Source: Squalus acanthias (taxonomy: Eukaryota). From it: 64,000 nucleotides of DNA. The stretch is from contig CM059432.1 of assembly GCA_030390025.1 (NCBI GenBank), positions 60,204,001-60,268,000 on the forward strand. The letters are read 5' to 3'. The notes under the pieces are model-generated. The model had not been told where the DNA came from, ran no database searches, and saw only the letters and a list, made by a program, of their open reading frames with translations. Of the stretch, positions 23,507 to 37,074 are shown one piece after another. Each line of letters opens with the position of its first letter. Position 1 is the stretch's first letter. Made by a program: the position numbers and the translations under genes.

Positions 23507-26500
23507 CATAGAATCATAGAAATTTACAGCACAGAAGGAGGCCATTCAGCCCATCTTATCCATGCCGGCCGACAAAGAGCTATCCAGCCTAATCCCACTT
23601 TCCAGCACTTGGTCCGTATCCTTGTAGGTTACGGTACTTCAAGTGCATATCCAAGTACTTTTTAAATGTGATGAGAGTTTCTACCTCTACCACCCTTTCA
23701 GGCAGTGAGCTCCAGACACCCACCACCCTCTGGGGGGAAAAAATTCTCCTCAAATACCCTCTAAACCTCCAACCAATTACTTTAAATCCATGCCCCCTGG
23801 TTATCAACCCCTCTGCCAAGGGAAATATATCCTTCCTATCCACTCTATCTAGGCCCCTCATAATTTTATACACTTCAATAAGGTCTCCCCTCAGCCTCCT
23901 CTGTTCCAAAGAAAACAACCCCAGCCTATCCAATCTTTCCTCATAGCTAAAAATCCCCAGCCCAGGCAACATCCTCGTAAATCTCCTCTGCACCCTCTCT
24001 AGTGCAATCACATCCTTCCTGTGATGTGGTGACCAGAATTGCACGCAGTATTCTAGCTGCGGCCTAACTAGTGATTTATACAGTTCAAGCATAACCTCAC
24101 TGCTCTTATATTCTATGCCTCGGCTAATAAAGGCAAGTATCTCGTATGCCTTCTTAACCACCTTATCTACCTGTCCTGCTACCTTCAGGGATTTGTGGAC
24201 ATGCACTCCAAGGTCCCTCTGATCCTCTGCACTTCTCAGTGTCCTATCATTTATTGTGTGTTCCCTTGCCTTATTAGCCCACTCCAAATGCATTACCTCA
24301 CACTTTTCCAGATTGAATTCCATTTGCTACTGTTCTGCCCACCTGACCCGTCCATTGACATCTTCCTGCAGTCTACAGCTATCTTCTTCATTATCAACCA
24401 CACAGCCAATTTTTGTATCATCTGCAAACTTCTTAATCATACCTCCTACATTCAAGTCCAAATCATTGATATATACCACAAAAAGCAAAGGATCCAGTTC
24501 TGAGCCCTGCGGAACCCCACTGGAAACAGCCTTCCAGTCAGAAAAACACCCTTCGACCATGACCCTTTGTTTCCTGCCTCTGAGCCAATGTCGGATCCAA
24601 CTTGCCACTTTGCCTTGGATCCAATGGGCTTTTACTTTCGTGACCAATCTGCCATGCGGGACCTTATCAAAAGCCTTGCTAAAATCCATATACACTACAT
24701 CAAACACACTACCCTCATCGACCCTCCTTGTTACCTCCTCAAAAAATTCAATCAAGTTAGTCAGACACGACCTTTCCTTATCAAATCCATGCTGACTGTT
24801 CCTGATTAATCCGTGCCTTTATAAATGAAGATTTATCCTGTTCCTCAGAATTTTTTCCAATAATTTTCCTACCACCGAGGTTAGGCTGACTGGCCTGTAA
24901 TTGCTCGGTCTATCCCTTTCTCCCTTTTTAAACAATGGTATCACATTAGCAGTCCTCCAGCACCACACCTGTAGCCAGAGAGGATTGGAAAATGATGGTC
25001 AGAGCCTCTGCTATTTCCTCTCTTACTTCTCTTAACAGTCTCGGATACATTTCACCCAGGCCTGGGGATTTATCCACTTTCAAAGATGCTAAATCCCTTA
25101 ATACTTCCTCTTTCACTATGTTTATTTCATCTAATATTTCACACTCCTCCTCCCTGATTGAAATTTCTGCATCGTCCCTCTCTTTTGTGAAAACAAACGC
25201 AAAGTATTCATTAAGAACCATACCCATGTCATCCGCCACCACACACAGGTTACCTTTATGGTCCCTAATAGGCCCTACTCTTACTTTAGTTATCCTCTTG
25301 CTCTTAATGTATTTATAAAACATCTTTGGGTTTTCCTTGATTTTACTTGCCAATATTTTATCATGCCCTCTTTTTGCTTTCCTAATTACCTTTTTAATTT
25401 CACCCCTGCACTTTCTATATTCCTCTAGGGTTTCTGCAGTATTGAGCCCTTGGTATCTGTCATAAGCTTCCCTTTTTTTCTTTATCCTTCCCTGTATGCC
25501 CCTTGACATCCAGGGAGCTCTAGAATTGTTAGTCCCATCCTTTTTCTTTAAGGGAACATACTTGCTCTGAACCCTCACTATCTCCTCCTTGAATGCCTCC
25601 CACTGCTCTGACACTGATTTACCTTCAAGTTTCTATCTCCAGTCCACTTTGGCTAAATCACATCTCAGCTTAGTAAAATTAGCTTTTCCCCAATTGAGAA
25701 CTTTTATTCCTGGTCTATCCTTGTCCTTTTCTATAACTATGCTAAATCTAACTGAATTATGATCACTACCACCAATATGCTCTCCCACTGATACCCTTTC
25801 CACCTGCCCAGTTTCATTCCCTAAAACTAGGTCCAGAATTGCCCCCTCTCTTGTTGGGCTTGCTACGTACTGGCTAAAAAAGTTCTCCTGAATACATTTT
25901 AAGAATTCTGCTCCCTCTATACCTTTCACACTAATTTTATCCCAGTTAATATTAGGGAAGTTGAAATCCCCTTCTATTACTGCCCTATTTTTGCACGTCT
26001 CAGAAATTTGCCTACATATTTGCTCTTCTATCCCCCTCTGACTGTTTGGGGGTCTGTAGAACACTCCCAGCAGTGTGATTTCCCCTTTTTTGCTTTTCAG
26101 TTCAACCCATATGGCCTTGTTGGATGATCCTTGTAAGATATCATCCCTCCTCACAACTGTAATTGTTTCTTTAATCAATATTGCGACCCCCTCCTTTTGT
26201 ATCTCTATCTCGTCCGAAAACCCTGTAACCAGGAATGTTGAGCTGCCATTCCTGCCCTTCTTTCAGCCATGTCTCAGTAATAGCTATATCATACTCACAC
26301 GTGTCTATCTGTGCCCTCAGCTCATTTGCTTTATCCCCTAGACTCCTTGTGTTGAAGTATATGCCATTTAGCACTGCCAAACTCCCTTGTTGTCTATTTT
26401 CTAGCCTTTGTTTCCTCTGCCTTCCAAACTCGCATACTAATTTTCTGCCTTCCATTTCCAGCTTTGCTTCTCTCCCTTCTGAATCTACTCTCAGGTTCCC

Positions 26501-27222
26501 ATCCCCCTCCCAAGCTAGTTTAAACCCTCCCCAACAGCATTAGCAAACCCGCCCGCGAGGATATTGGCCCCGGTCCTGTTGAGGTGCAACCCATCCGGCT
26601 TGTATAGGTCCCACCTCCCCCAGAACTTGTCCCAATGTTCCAGGATTCTAAAACCCTCCCTCCTTCACCATCTCTCCAGCCACGCATTCATCTGCTCTAT
26701 CCTCCTATTCCTGTACTCACTAGCACATGGCACCGGGAGTAATTCGGAGATTACTACCTTTGAGGTCCTGCTTTTTAATCTCTTTCTTAGCTCCCTAAAA
26801 TCTGCCTGCAGGAACGCATCCCTCTTACTACCTATGTCGTTAGTACCGATATGGACCACGACCTCTGGCTGTTCACCCTCCCCCCTCAGAATGTCCTGCA
26901 GCTGCTCAGTGACATCCTTGACCCTGGCACCAGGGAGGCAACATACCATCCTAGAATCACGTCTGCAGCCGCAGAAATGCCTGTCTGTTCCCATAACTAT
27001 CGAATCCCCTATGACTATTGCTCTTCCACTCTTCTTCCTCCCCCCCACTGTGCAGCTGAGCCACCTGTGGTGCCATGGATTTCGCTCTGGCTGCACTCCC
27101 CAGAGGAGCCATCGCTCCCACCAGTATTCAGAGCTGAAAACCGGTTAGCGAGCAAGATGCCCTACCTGCCTGGTCCTCCTCTTCTGTCTGGCAGTCACCC
27201 ATTCACTCTCTGCCTGCACACT
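23507..27222 (-). mobile_element. Near full-length CR1 LINE (ORF1 SGNH esterase, ORF2 APE-RT), disabled
   Basis: ORF1 VIGDSIV..CLPGA..VVVHIGTND (26665-27096); endonuclease ITETWL, GDFN, SDHN; RT KAFDKVPH, FADD; multiple stops and frameshifts; CATAGAAT tail. Confidence 0.93.
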
Positions 27223-27252
27223 GTTATGCATGTTGTAGGACCAACACAGAAT

Positions 27253-27385
27253 CAATGTTCCCTCTAATTTTGTTTAGCAGCGTTCAAAATACCACGCATG
27301 CACAGTTTTGTATTGAAGAGCCAGCAAGCCGTCTGCATGGGTTCCTTGGAGTGCAGCGCAGCCACACAGCTTAAATGGAACATTG
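27253..27385. mobile_element. hAT-type MITE, same family as 23156-23316
   Basis: TIRs CAATGTTCC / GGAACATTG; perfect 8-bp TSD CACAGAAT. Confidence 0.88.
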
Positions 27386-27699
27386 CACAGAATACACTCT
27401 CATTTTTAAAAATTCATTTATTTATTGCCTATCCCTAGCTGCCCTTGACAGGGTGTTCGTGAGCTGCCTTCTTGACTCGCTGCGGGCTGGTGGCAGGGGG
27501 TGGGGGTGGTGGGGGGGGCGGAGGGGTGGCGGGGGGGGGGAGGAGAGGGAGAACGTAGTGCAGGTGTAAAGGGGGTGGGGGTGGAAGAACATGATCTAGG
27601 TTTAACAGAGGGTGGGAGAACGTGATCTATCTTTCCACCTGGATCACGTTCTTGCTTTCATTCCCCCCTTCCTTTAGACCTGGATCACATGCTCCCCCA

Positions 27700-29530
27700 T
27701 AAGTTTCTGACCTTCTCTCCCCGAGTTCCTGACCTACCCCCTACCGAGCTCCTGACCTTCTCCCCACTCCGAGTTCCTGACCTTCCCCCCCACTGAGCTC
27801 CTCTCTTTCCGAGCTCCTCTGCTCCCTCTTCCATCCCCTTTCCCCACTTCAATCCCCTCTCCTCTCTCCCCCCTTCGATCCCCTCTCTTCCCCCCTTTTG
27901 ATCGCCTCTCTTCTCTCCCCCCTTCGATCCCTTCTCCTCTCATAGAATCATAGAATGGTTACAGCACGGAAGAAAACCATTCGGCCCGTCAAGCCCGTGC
28001 CGACTCTCAGCTAGTCCCACTCCCCCGCCCTTTCCCCGTAACCCTGCAAATTTTTTTCCTTCAGATAATTATCCAACTCCCTTTTGAAAGATAAGATTGA
28101 GTCTGCCTCCACCACCCTTTCAGGCAGTGCATTCCAGATCTTAACCACTCACTGCGTAAGAAAGTTTTTCTTACGTCGCCTTTGGTTCTTATTCCAATCA
28201 CCTTAAATCTGTGTCCTCTGGTTCTCGACCCTTCTGCCAATGGGAACAGTTTCTCTCTATCAACTCTGTCCAGACCCCTCATGATTTTGAACAACTCTAT
28301 CAAATCTCCTCTCAATCTTCTCTGCTCCGAGGAGAACAACCCCAGCCTCTCCAGTCTATCAACTTAACTGAAGTCCCTCATTCCTGGAATCATTCTCGTA
28401 AATGTTTTCTGCACCTTCTCTAAGGCCTTCACATCCTTCCTAAAGTGTGGTGCCCAGAATTGGACACAGTACTCCAGTTGGGGCCAAACCAGTGGTTTAT
28501 AGAGGTTCATCATAATTTCCACACTTTTGTACTCTATACCTCTATTTATGAAGCCCAGGATCCCGTAAGCCTTTTTAACTGCTTTCTCAACCTGCCCTTC
28601 AGTGATTTGTGCACATATACCCCCAGGGCTCTCTGTTCATGCACCCCTTTTAGGATTGTACCATTTAGTTTATATGTCCTCTCCTCATTCTTTCTACCAA
28701 AATGTATCACTTCACACTTTTCTGCGTTAAATTTCATCTGCCACGTGTCTGCCCATTCCACCAGCCTGTTTATGTCTTCCTGAAGTCTATCACTCTCCTC
28801 CTAACTGTTCACTATACTTCCAAGTTTTGTGTCATCTGCAAATTTTGAAATTGTGCCCTGTACACTCACGTCCAAGTCATTAATATATATCAAGAAAAGC
28901 AGTGGTCCTAGAACCGACCCCTGGGGAACACCACCTTCCTCCAGTATGAAAAATAACCATTCACCACTACTCTCTGTTTCCTGTCACTTAACCAATTCTG
29001 TATCCATGCTGCTGCTGTCACTTTTATTCCATGGCCTTCAACTTTGCTGGCAAGCCTATTATGTGGCACTTTGTCGAACGCCTTTTGGAAATCCATATAC
29101 ACTACGTCAACCACATTACCCTCATCAACCCTCTCTGTTACCTCATCAAAAAACTCAATCAAGTTGGTTAAACACGATTTGCCTTTAACAAATCCGTGCT
29201 GGCTTTTCTTAATTAATCCACACCTATCCAAGTGACTGTTAATTTTGTCCCTGATTACTGTTTCTAAAAGCTTCCCCACTATCGAGGTTAAACTGACTGG
29301 CCTGTAGTTGCTGGGTTTATCTTTACACCCTTTTTTGAACAATGGTGTAACATTCCCCCCCTTCGATCCCTTCTCTTCTCTCTCTTTGATCCCCTTTCCT
29401 CTCCCCCTTCGATCCCCTCTCTTCCTCCCTTTTGCTTCCCTCTGCTCCCTCCCCCCCTTCGATACCCTCTCCTCCCTCTCCCTTTCAATCACCTCTCCTC
29501 TCCCCACCCCCCATCCGATCCCCTGACCTT
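27700..29530. repeat. CT-rich minisatellite (CCCCTTCGATCCCCTCTC-like units) split by a CR1
   Basis: Same units on both sides of the CR1 (27830-27940 and 29355-29520); probably the core of a non-autonomous DNA element (GCGCATGCG motifs at 29590-29630). Confidence 0.65.
27941..29354 (-). mobile_element. 5'-truncated CR1 LINE
   Basis: NYRPVSLTS, KAFDKVPH; same subfamily as 13514-14745; CATAGAAT tail. Confidence 0.92.
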
Positions 29531-30139
29531 CTCCGCACTGAGCCAAGGAAAGCGTGGCGGTGCAGGCCGCAACTGCCGCACCGTTGGGTACTGTGCATGT
29601 GCGACTGGATCGCATGCGCACGCACGCCCGTTTGGTACATAGTGGGAGTCCAAAATGCCGTGCAAATAATCACTCCATATTTTCATTAATAGTTCCTTCT
29701 ATTGTCTGACCTCTCCTTCCTCACTTGGTGCATTTAAATGGTAATGGGGCAGCTGGGCCCTTGTCCTCAAGGGATTTCCTTCCCATCCACCTGCCTTACC
29801 ACCACTTCCCGAAGCCACTATGGGGAAGGTGGGAATAGGCCCCAGAAAGCGGTAGTAATATCCCCGAGCAGACCATGTAGCTGTCTCTTTCCATTCCACC
29901 CTCAACACTTAGCTCTTGGAGAAGGCTTCAGTGGAACATCGATTCAATCCTTTTGGGCATTTCTGCCCCTTTAAGGGCCCTCAGCATCTCTTCTGCTGCT
30001 GCAGTGCTATCGGGATTATAATCTTTGCACTGGCAGCTTCCCGCTTGATAGTGGGAATCCCACCAAGATCCCCCTGTGCATTACTAATAACCCTCGAAAT
30101 GTGACAGGTTTGGGCCAACTGGAACACCACCTAAAAGAT

Positions 30140-30422
30140 AAGAATCCTGGCCATCTTTGACTCTGGCCTTTTGTGTATTTTACCCCTCCATTCACTCCAA
30201 CATTGGCTGCTGTGCCTTCAGCTGTCTAGGGCCTATGCTCTGGAATTCCCTCCCTAAAGTCCTTCACTTCTCCATCTCCTCAAAACCCACCTCTTTGCCT
30301 AAGCTTCTGTTCACTCCTTTTAATATCTCCATCTTTGTCTCAGCATTTATTTTTGTCCAATTCTGCATCTGTGAAGCGCTTTGCAACATTTTCTATAAGG
30401 TGCTATATAAATGCAAGTTTTT
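30140..30422 (+). mobile_element. L2-like LINE 3' end
   Basis: Homologous to 15352-15731; ends GGTGCTATATAAATGCAAGTT. Confidence 0.65.
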
Positions 30423-30537
30423 AGAGATTTGTTAGGAATGAGGAATCACCTTTAATACAGCACATAGCCTGGAATTATTGTCTACACTGCTGTTAGAATG
30501 TTTCTAATTTCTTCCTTTATAATAGGCTCAAATATTT

Positions 30538-30857
30538 ACAGAATCATAGAATGATTACAGCACAGAAGGCGGCCATTCGGCCCGTCGAGCCTGTGCCGGT
30601 TCTCTGCAAGAGCACTTCAGCTAGTCCCACTCCCCACCCTTTCCCCGTAGCCCTGAAAATTTTTCTCCTTCAGGTACTTATCCAATTCCCTTTTGAAAGC
30701 GACGATTGAGTCTGCCTCCACCACCCTTTCAGGCAGTGCATTCCAGATCCTAACCACTCGCTACGTAAAAAAGTTTTTCCTCATGTTGCCTTTGGTTCTT
30801 CTGCCAATCACCTTAAATCTGTGTCCTCTGGTTCTCAATCCTTCGTCCAATGGGAAG
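30538..30857 (-). mobile_element. CR1 3' fragment
   Basis: Near-identical to 13514-13830. Confidence 0.88.
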
Positions 30858-31064
30858 ATTAAATTTGAATTCTTATACTGCATTGACTCACATACAAACA
30901 CATTTTTAAAAACTAAATATCAATTTGCATTGGGGATGGGGCCTATATGCAAACTAATTCTTTTTCCGGGGTGGAGTGCTCAAGTTTGGCGTGCAGCTTA
31001 TATGGATGTTAATTCTGTAATCCCCATGCTCATGCTTCTTACTCTTTTTTAAAAATGTAGGTCT

Positions 31065-31412
31065 TGGACACATAATCTAGGCTGGCACTTTGGTGTACTG
31101 CACTATTGCAGGTGCCATTTTTCAGATGAGACGTTAAACCAAGGTCCTGATCCCTGTTCAGGTGGAGGCAAGAGATCCCATGCCACTATATGATGAAGAA
31201 CTGGTGAGTTTTGATGCCCTGGCCAACCAACACCATTAAAAAAGATTAACTGGTCATTATCTCGTTGCTGTTTGTGGCACCTTGCTGTGTGCACTTTGGC
31301 TGCTGTGTTTCCCTGCATAGCAATGATGAGTTCAAAAGTAATTTATTGGCTGTAAAGCACTTCTGCACATCCTGAGGACATGAAAGGTGCTAAATAAGCA
31401 CAAGTCCTTCTT
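31065..31412 (+). mobile_element. DeuSINE-like SINE, 5'-truncated
   Basis: GATGAGACGTTAAACCAAGG..GATCCCATG..TGTTTGTGG body shared with the other copies. Confidence 0.75.
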
Positions 31413-32541
31413 TACTACACCTTTAGATAACAAACTGTGAGAAATTCAGTCACAGCTCTCTACTTCTAAGCTTTAATTTCTTAAGCACCCTTGGGCACAT
31501 TCCATCTGGTCCTGGTTTCCTATTGATATTTAAGTACTCCAATTCATTAGATACTAATTTCTATATTCGCCATAAGCTTGGGTGTCCCTCCAACTCTTCC
31601 TACTTTTGGAAAAGACATGGCAACATTTTAGTAATAACTGTTTAAAAATAACATTTCTGCTTTATTGTTTCTGTCCTGTTATCTATAAAGCTACATTCTA
31701 TACAAGCACTGAATATATCTTATTCTGTGTAATAGATTTATTCTAATGTTTAGAGTTCTTATTTGATTTACAAAAAATACTGTCAGATTCTATGAACCTG
31801 ACAACTGATAGCAGGTTCACTGCTCATGGATGCCGGTCATTTAAGACTATAGCATATTGCCTAAGTGACTTAATACTGTAGCAGCAATAGTGAAAACTTT
31901 AGCATGCAACTGGCTTCCAGTCAGTAATTAAAGAATTTAGCCCAAGGATATAATAAAATGTGATACACTTGGTAAATAATTTTTTTTTCCAAAGTACAGT
32001 TCTTGTGTATAATTTATTTGTACAGCTTCTCAGTAATCAGAACGCATGCTACAGAAAAGGTACAATTGATTGCACTGCTAAATTTTCCTCTATGGATATT
32101 TTTATGGATCTTTGTTCATCTCACAAACAAACAAGGCATGAATACATCAAGCCAGAAACCATAAACAATAAAGAACTTGATCATATAAGTTTGCCACGGC
32201 CAGCAGTTTGTGGCTGATGCTGCCATTTGTCATAAGATAAATAACAATGTGATTGTTATTCGTCATCGAAAGAGCAAAACTGGTGTTTGGCTATCAACTT
32301 CTGGAAAGCAGACCAGGAAAAACAACTGAAAGAGCCTTTTAATGACATGTCTGAATAATAACTTAATGTTTTGCTTCACCTATAGTGGTAAATACATGTG
32401 GTCATAATATTAATATGCTGAAATACATTAATTGGTTCACATAATCATACCAAGCATATTTGTTACATAGGGCATCAGGGCTAAGGAGATCAGCTAATAA
32501 TCTGGACAGCAAGGGTAAAGAAAATTCTTAGAGACTGGAAT

Positions 32542-35500
32542 AAGAACATAAGAACATAAGAAATAAGAGCAGGAGTAGGCCATACGGCCCCTCGAGCCTG
32601 CTCCGCCATTCAATAAGATCATGGCTGATCATCGACCTCAACTCCACTTTCCCACCCGATCTCCATATCCCTTGATTCCCCTAGAGTTCAAAAATCTATC
32701 TATCTCAGCCTTGAATATACTCAAAGACTCAGCATTCACAGCCCTCTGAAGCAGAGAATTCCAAAAATTCACAACTCTCTGAGTGAAGAAATTCCTCCTC
32801 ATCTCAGTCTTAAATGGCCTACCCCTTATCCTGAGACTATGGCCCCGAGTTCTAGACACTCCAGCCAGGGGAAACAATCTCTCAGCATCTACCCTGTCAA
32901 TCCCCTTCAGAATCTTGTATGTTTCAATGAGATCTCATTCTTCTAAACTCTAGAGATTATAGGCCCATTCTACACAATCTCTGATCAAAGGACAGCCCTC
33001 TCATCCCAGGAATCAATCTAGTGAACCTTCGTTGCACCACCTCCAAGGCAAGTATATCCTCCCTTAGATATGATGCGGAGATGCCGGTGTTGGACTGGGG
33101 TGGACAAAAATTTTTCTCTCTTCGATAAGGAGACCAAAACTGTGCACAGTACTCCAGGTGTGGTCTCACCAAGGCCCTGTACAATTGTAGCAAGACTTCC
33201 TTACTCTTATACTCCAACCCCCTTGCAATAAAGGCCAACATGCCATTTGCCTTCCTTATTGCTTGCTGTACCTGCATGCTAGCTTTCTGTGTTTCTTGCA
33301 TGAGGGCACCCAAATCTCTCTGAACATCAACATTTGAAAGTTTCTCACCATTTAAAAAATATTCTGTTTTTCTATTCTTCCTACCAAAGTGAGTAACATC
33401 ACATTTCCCTACATTATACTCCATCTGCCACCTTACTGCCCACTCACTTAGTCTATCTATATCCCTTTGCAGACTCTTTGTGTTCTCCGCACAGCTTACT
33501 GTCCCACCTAGCTTTGTATCATCAGCAAACTTGGATACATTACATTCGGCCCCTTCATCTAGGTCATTAATATAGATTGTAAATAGCTGAGGCCCCAACA
33601 CTGATCCTTGCGGCACCCCACTAGTTGCCAATCTGAAAAAGATCTGTTTATCCCTACTCTCTGTTTTCTGTCCGTTAACCAATCCTCTATCCATGCTACT
33701 ATATTACCCCCAACCCCATGAGCCCTAATCTTGTGTAATAACCTTTTATGTGGCACCGTATCGAATGGCTTTTGGAATTCCAAATATACTGCATCCACTG
33801 GTTCCCCTTTATCTACGCTGCTAGTTACATCCTCAAAAAAGTCTAATAAATTTGTCAAACACGATTTCCCTTTCATAAAACCATGCTGACTCTGCCTAAT
33901 CATGTTATGATTTTCTAAGTGACTTGATACCACTTCCTTAACAATGGATTCCAGCATTTTCCCGATGACTGATGTCAGGCTAACTGGCCTGTAGTTCCCT
34001 GTTTTTTCTCTCCCTCCTTTCTTGAATAGCGGTGTTACATTTGCAACCTTCCAATCCGCTGTGACCATTCCAAAATCTAAGGAATTTTGGAAGATCAAAA
34101 CCAATGCATCCACTATCTCTTCAGCCACCTCTTTTAGAACACTAGGATGTAGGCCGTCAGGTCCAGGGGATTTGTCGGCTTTTAGTTCCATTAGTTTCTC
34201 TAGTATTTTTTCTCTACTGATATTAATTATGTTAAGTTCCTCACCCTCATTAGAGCCTTGGTTCCCCACCATTTTTTATATGCTTTTTGTGTCTTCTACT
34301 TTGAAGACAGATACAAAATAGTTGTTTAACGTTTCTGCCATTTCCTTATTCCCCATAATAATTTCTCCTGTCTCAGCCTCTAAGGGACCAACGTTTACTT
34401 TTGCTACTCTTTTCCTTTTTACAAACTTGTAGAAAATCTTACAATCTGCTTTTATATTTCTTGCTAGTTTTCTCTCATATTCTATTTTTCCCTTTTTATC
34501 CGTTTTTTGGTCAACCTTTGCTGGTTTCTGAAACTCTCCCAATCCTCAGGCTTAATATTATTCTTTGCAACATTATAAGCTTCTTCTTTCAATCTAATGC
34601 TATCCTTAACTTCTTTAGTTAGCCACGGTTGGATCACTTTTCCCATGGAGTTTTTGTTTCTCAATGGAATGTATTTTTGTTGAGATTTATGAAATATTTC
34701 TTTAAATGCTAGCTACTGCTTATCTGCTGCCATACCTTTTAATCTGTTTTTCCAATCTACCTTAGCCAACTCGCCCCTCATACCTATGTAATTGGCTTTA
34801 TTTAAGCTGAAGACTCTAGTTTCGGACTTAGGTAAGCCACTCTCAAAATTAATGTGAAATTCTATCATATTATGATCACTCTGCCCCAGAGGATCCTTTA
34901 CTATGATATTGCTAATTAACCCTGTCTCATTACACAATACAAGATCTAAAATAGCCTGTTCCCTGGTTGGTTCCATGACATATTGTTCTAGGAAACTGTC
35001 ATGAATGCATTCCATGAACTCGTCCTCCAGACTACCTTTGCCAATTTGATTTGTCCAGTCTATATGAAGATTAAAGTCCCCCAAGATTATTGCATTACCT
35101 CTGTTGCAAGCTCCTACTATTTCTTGATTAATATTCTGTCCAACGGTATAGCTACTGTTAGGGGGCCTATATACTACTCCTACGAATGTTTTCTGCCCCT
35201 TGTTATTCCTTATCTCCACCCATACTGATTCTACTTCCTGATCTCCAAGCTGAGATCCTTTCTCGCCACTCTCCTTATGTCATCCTTTATTATCAGGGCT
35301 ACTCCCCCCTCCTTTTCCATTCTGCCTGTCTTTTCGAAACGTCAAGTACCATGGAACATTTAGTTCCCAACCTTGGCCACCTTGCAACCATGTCTCTGTA
35401 ATGGCTATTAGATCAAACCCATTTATCTCTATTTGTGCCACTAGTTCTTCTATCTTGTTACAAATGCTTCATGCATTCAGATAAAGAGCCTTTAATTTAA

Positions 35501-36295
35501 TATTTTTTACCATTATTCCCTGCTTTGACCTTATTCTCTGCTGCACTGCTACCATTAAACTCTCTGTCCCTTCCTGTCACACTGCTTATTTTTACCCAAA
35601 TCGCTACACTGCTCTATTGCCATGACCTTTCTGTTTAGATTTCTAAATTTCACCTCACCTGACCTCTCCCCCCTTTTTTAGTTTAAAGCCCTATCTACAG
35701 CCCTAGTTATTCGATTTGCCAGGACGCTGGTCCCAGCCCGGTTTAAGTGGAGCCCGTCTCGATGGAACAACTTCCTCTTTCCCCAGTACTGGTGCCAGTG
35801 TCCCATGAATTGAAACCCCTTTTTCCCACACCACTCTTTGAGCCACGCATTTAACTCTCTGATCTGCTTGACCCTGTGCCAATTTGCGCATGGCTCTGGT
35901 AGTAATCCAGAGATTATTACCCTTGTGGTTCGGCTTATTAATTTAGACCCTAGCTCCTCAAACTCACTCAGCAGAATCTCATTCTTAGTTCTACCTATGT
36001 TGTTGGTTCCTACATGGACCACGACAATGGGATCCTCCCCTTCCCACTCCAAGTTCTTCTCCAGCCGCGAGAAGATATCCTTAACACTGGCAACACAGCC
36101 TTCGGGACTCTCTTTCGCGGCTGCAGAGAACAGTATCTATCCCCCTGACTATACTGTCCCCTACTACTACCACATTCCTTCCTTCTCTCCCCACTTGGAT
36201 GGCCCTCTGTACCACAGTGCTGTGGTCAGTTTGCCCATCCTCCCTGCAGTCCTTTTCCTCATCCACACAGGTAGAAAATACCTCGTACCTGTTGT
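32542..36295 (-). mobile_element. Near full-length CR1 LINE (second subfamily), disabled
   Basis: ORF1 VVGDSIV / VVVHVGTNN / DGLHLN; ORF2 endonuclease and RT motifs; (TTCTTATG)n tail. Confidence 0.93.
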
Positions 36296-37074
36296 ACATC
36301 TAAAGCACAGTTGTTTTAAAGAGAGAAATATGTTAAACAAGAACCATTAAAGTCTTTTACAATTGTCAAAGAGCAAGAGGTTCCAGTCATGCTTTTGGGT
36401 CTTTTCTACCCTTTTTTACTCTTGATTTTTTGGCTTTGGATCTTAAATCACTTTCTTAGATGAGTGCCAATTCCTAGAATTACAGAGAATATACAATACA
36501 GAAACAGACCATTCGGCCCAACCAGTCCATACTGGGGTTTATGCTCCAATCAAGCCTCCTCCCATCCTTCCTCATCTATCCCTATCAGCATAGCCCTCTA
36601 TTCCCTTCTCCCTCATATGCTTGTCTAGCTTCCTCTTAGCTGCATCTATACCATTCGCCTCAACTACTCCCTGTGGTAGAGAGTTTTACATTCCCACCAC
36701 TCTCTGGGTGAAGAAGTTTCTTCTGAATCCCCTATTTGAAATCTTATATTGATGGCTTCCAGTTTTGTTCTTCCCCACAAGTGGAAACACACACTGGCCT
36801 AGAAATTCGATGTTGCAGCGCCAGTCGTTAAGGCCGGTTTTGTAGAAAAAATGGCACCATCTCGCTACTGCCCGCTTCTAGCACGGACACGGCGTCCGCC
36901 ATTTTGGTAAGGGCCATAGCGCTGTCATTAAATAAGTAGATTGTGATGTCAATCGGCAGGCAATGCCTGATTTGACACCACGACTGCTAATTTGGACAAT
37001 CTCGCTCTCCACAATGTCGGGTCCTAAGTATGTACAGAAAAGCGTGTGCGAAGCAGCCCTACAGAGACGCTGCC

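Noticed and set aside
27486..27590. G-quadruplex-prone G tracts
   Set aside because: Present, but within repeat-derived low-complexity sequence with no evidence of function.
31960..32400. Coding exon in unique AT-rich sequence (ORF 31960-32217)
   Set aside because: No convincing splice pair or recognisable peptide.
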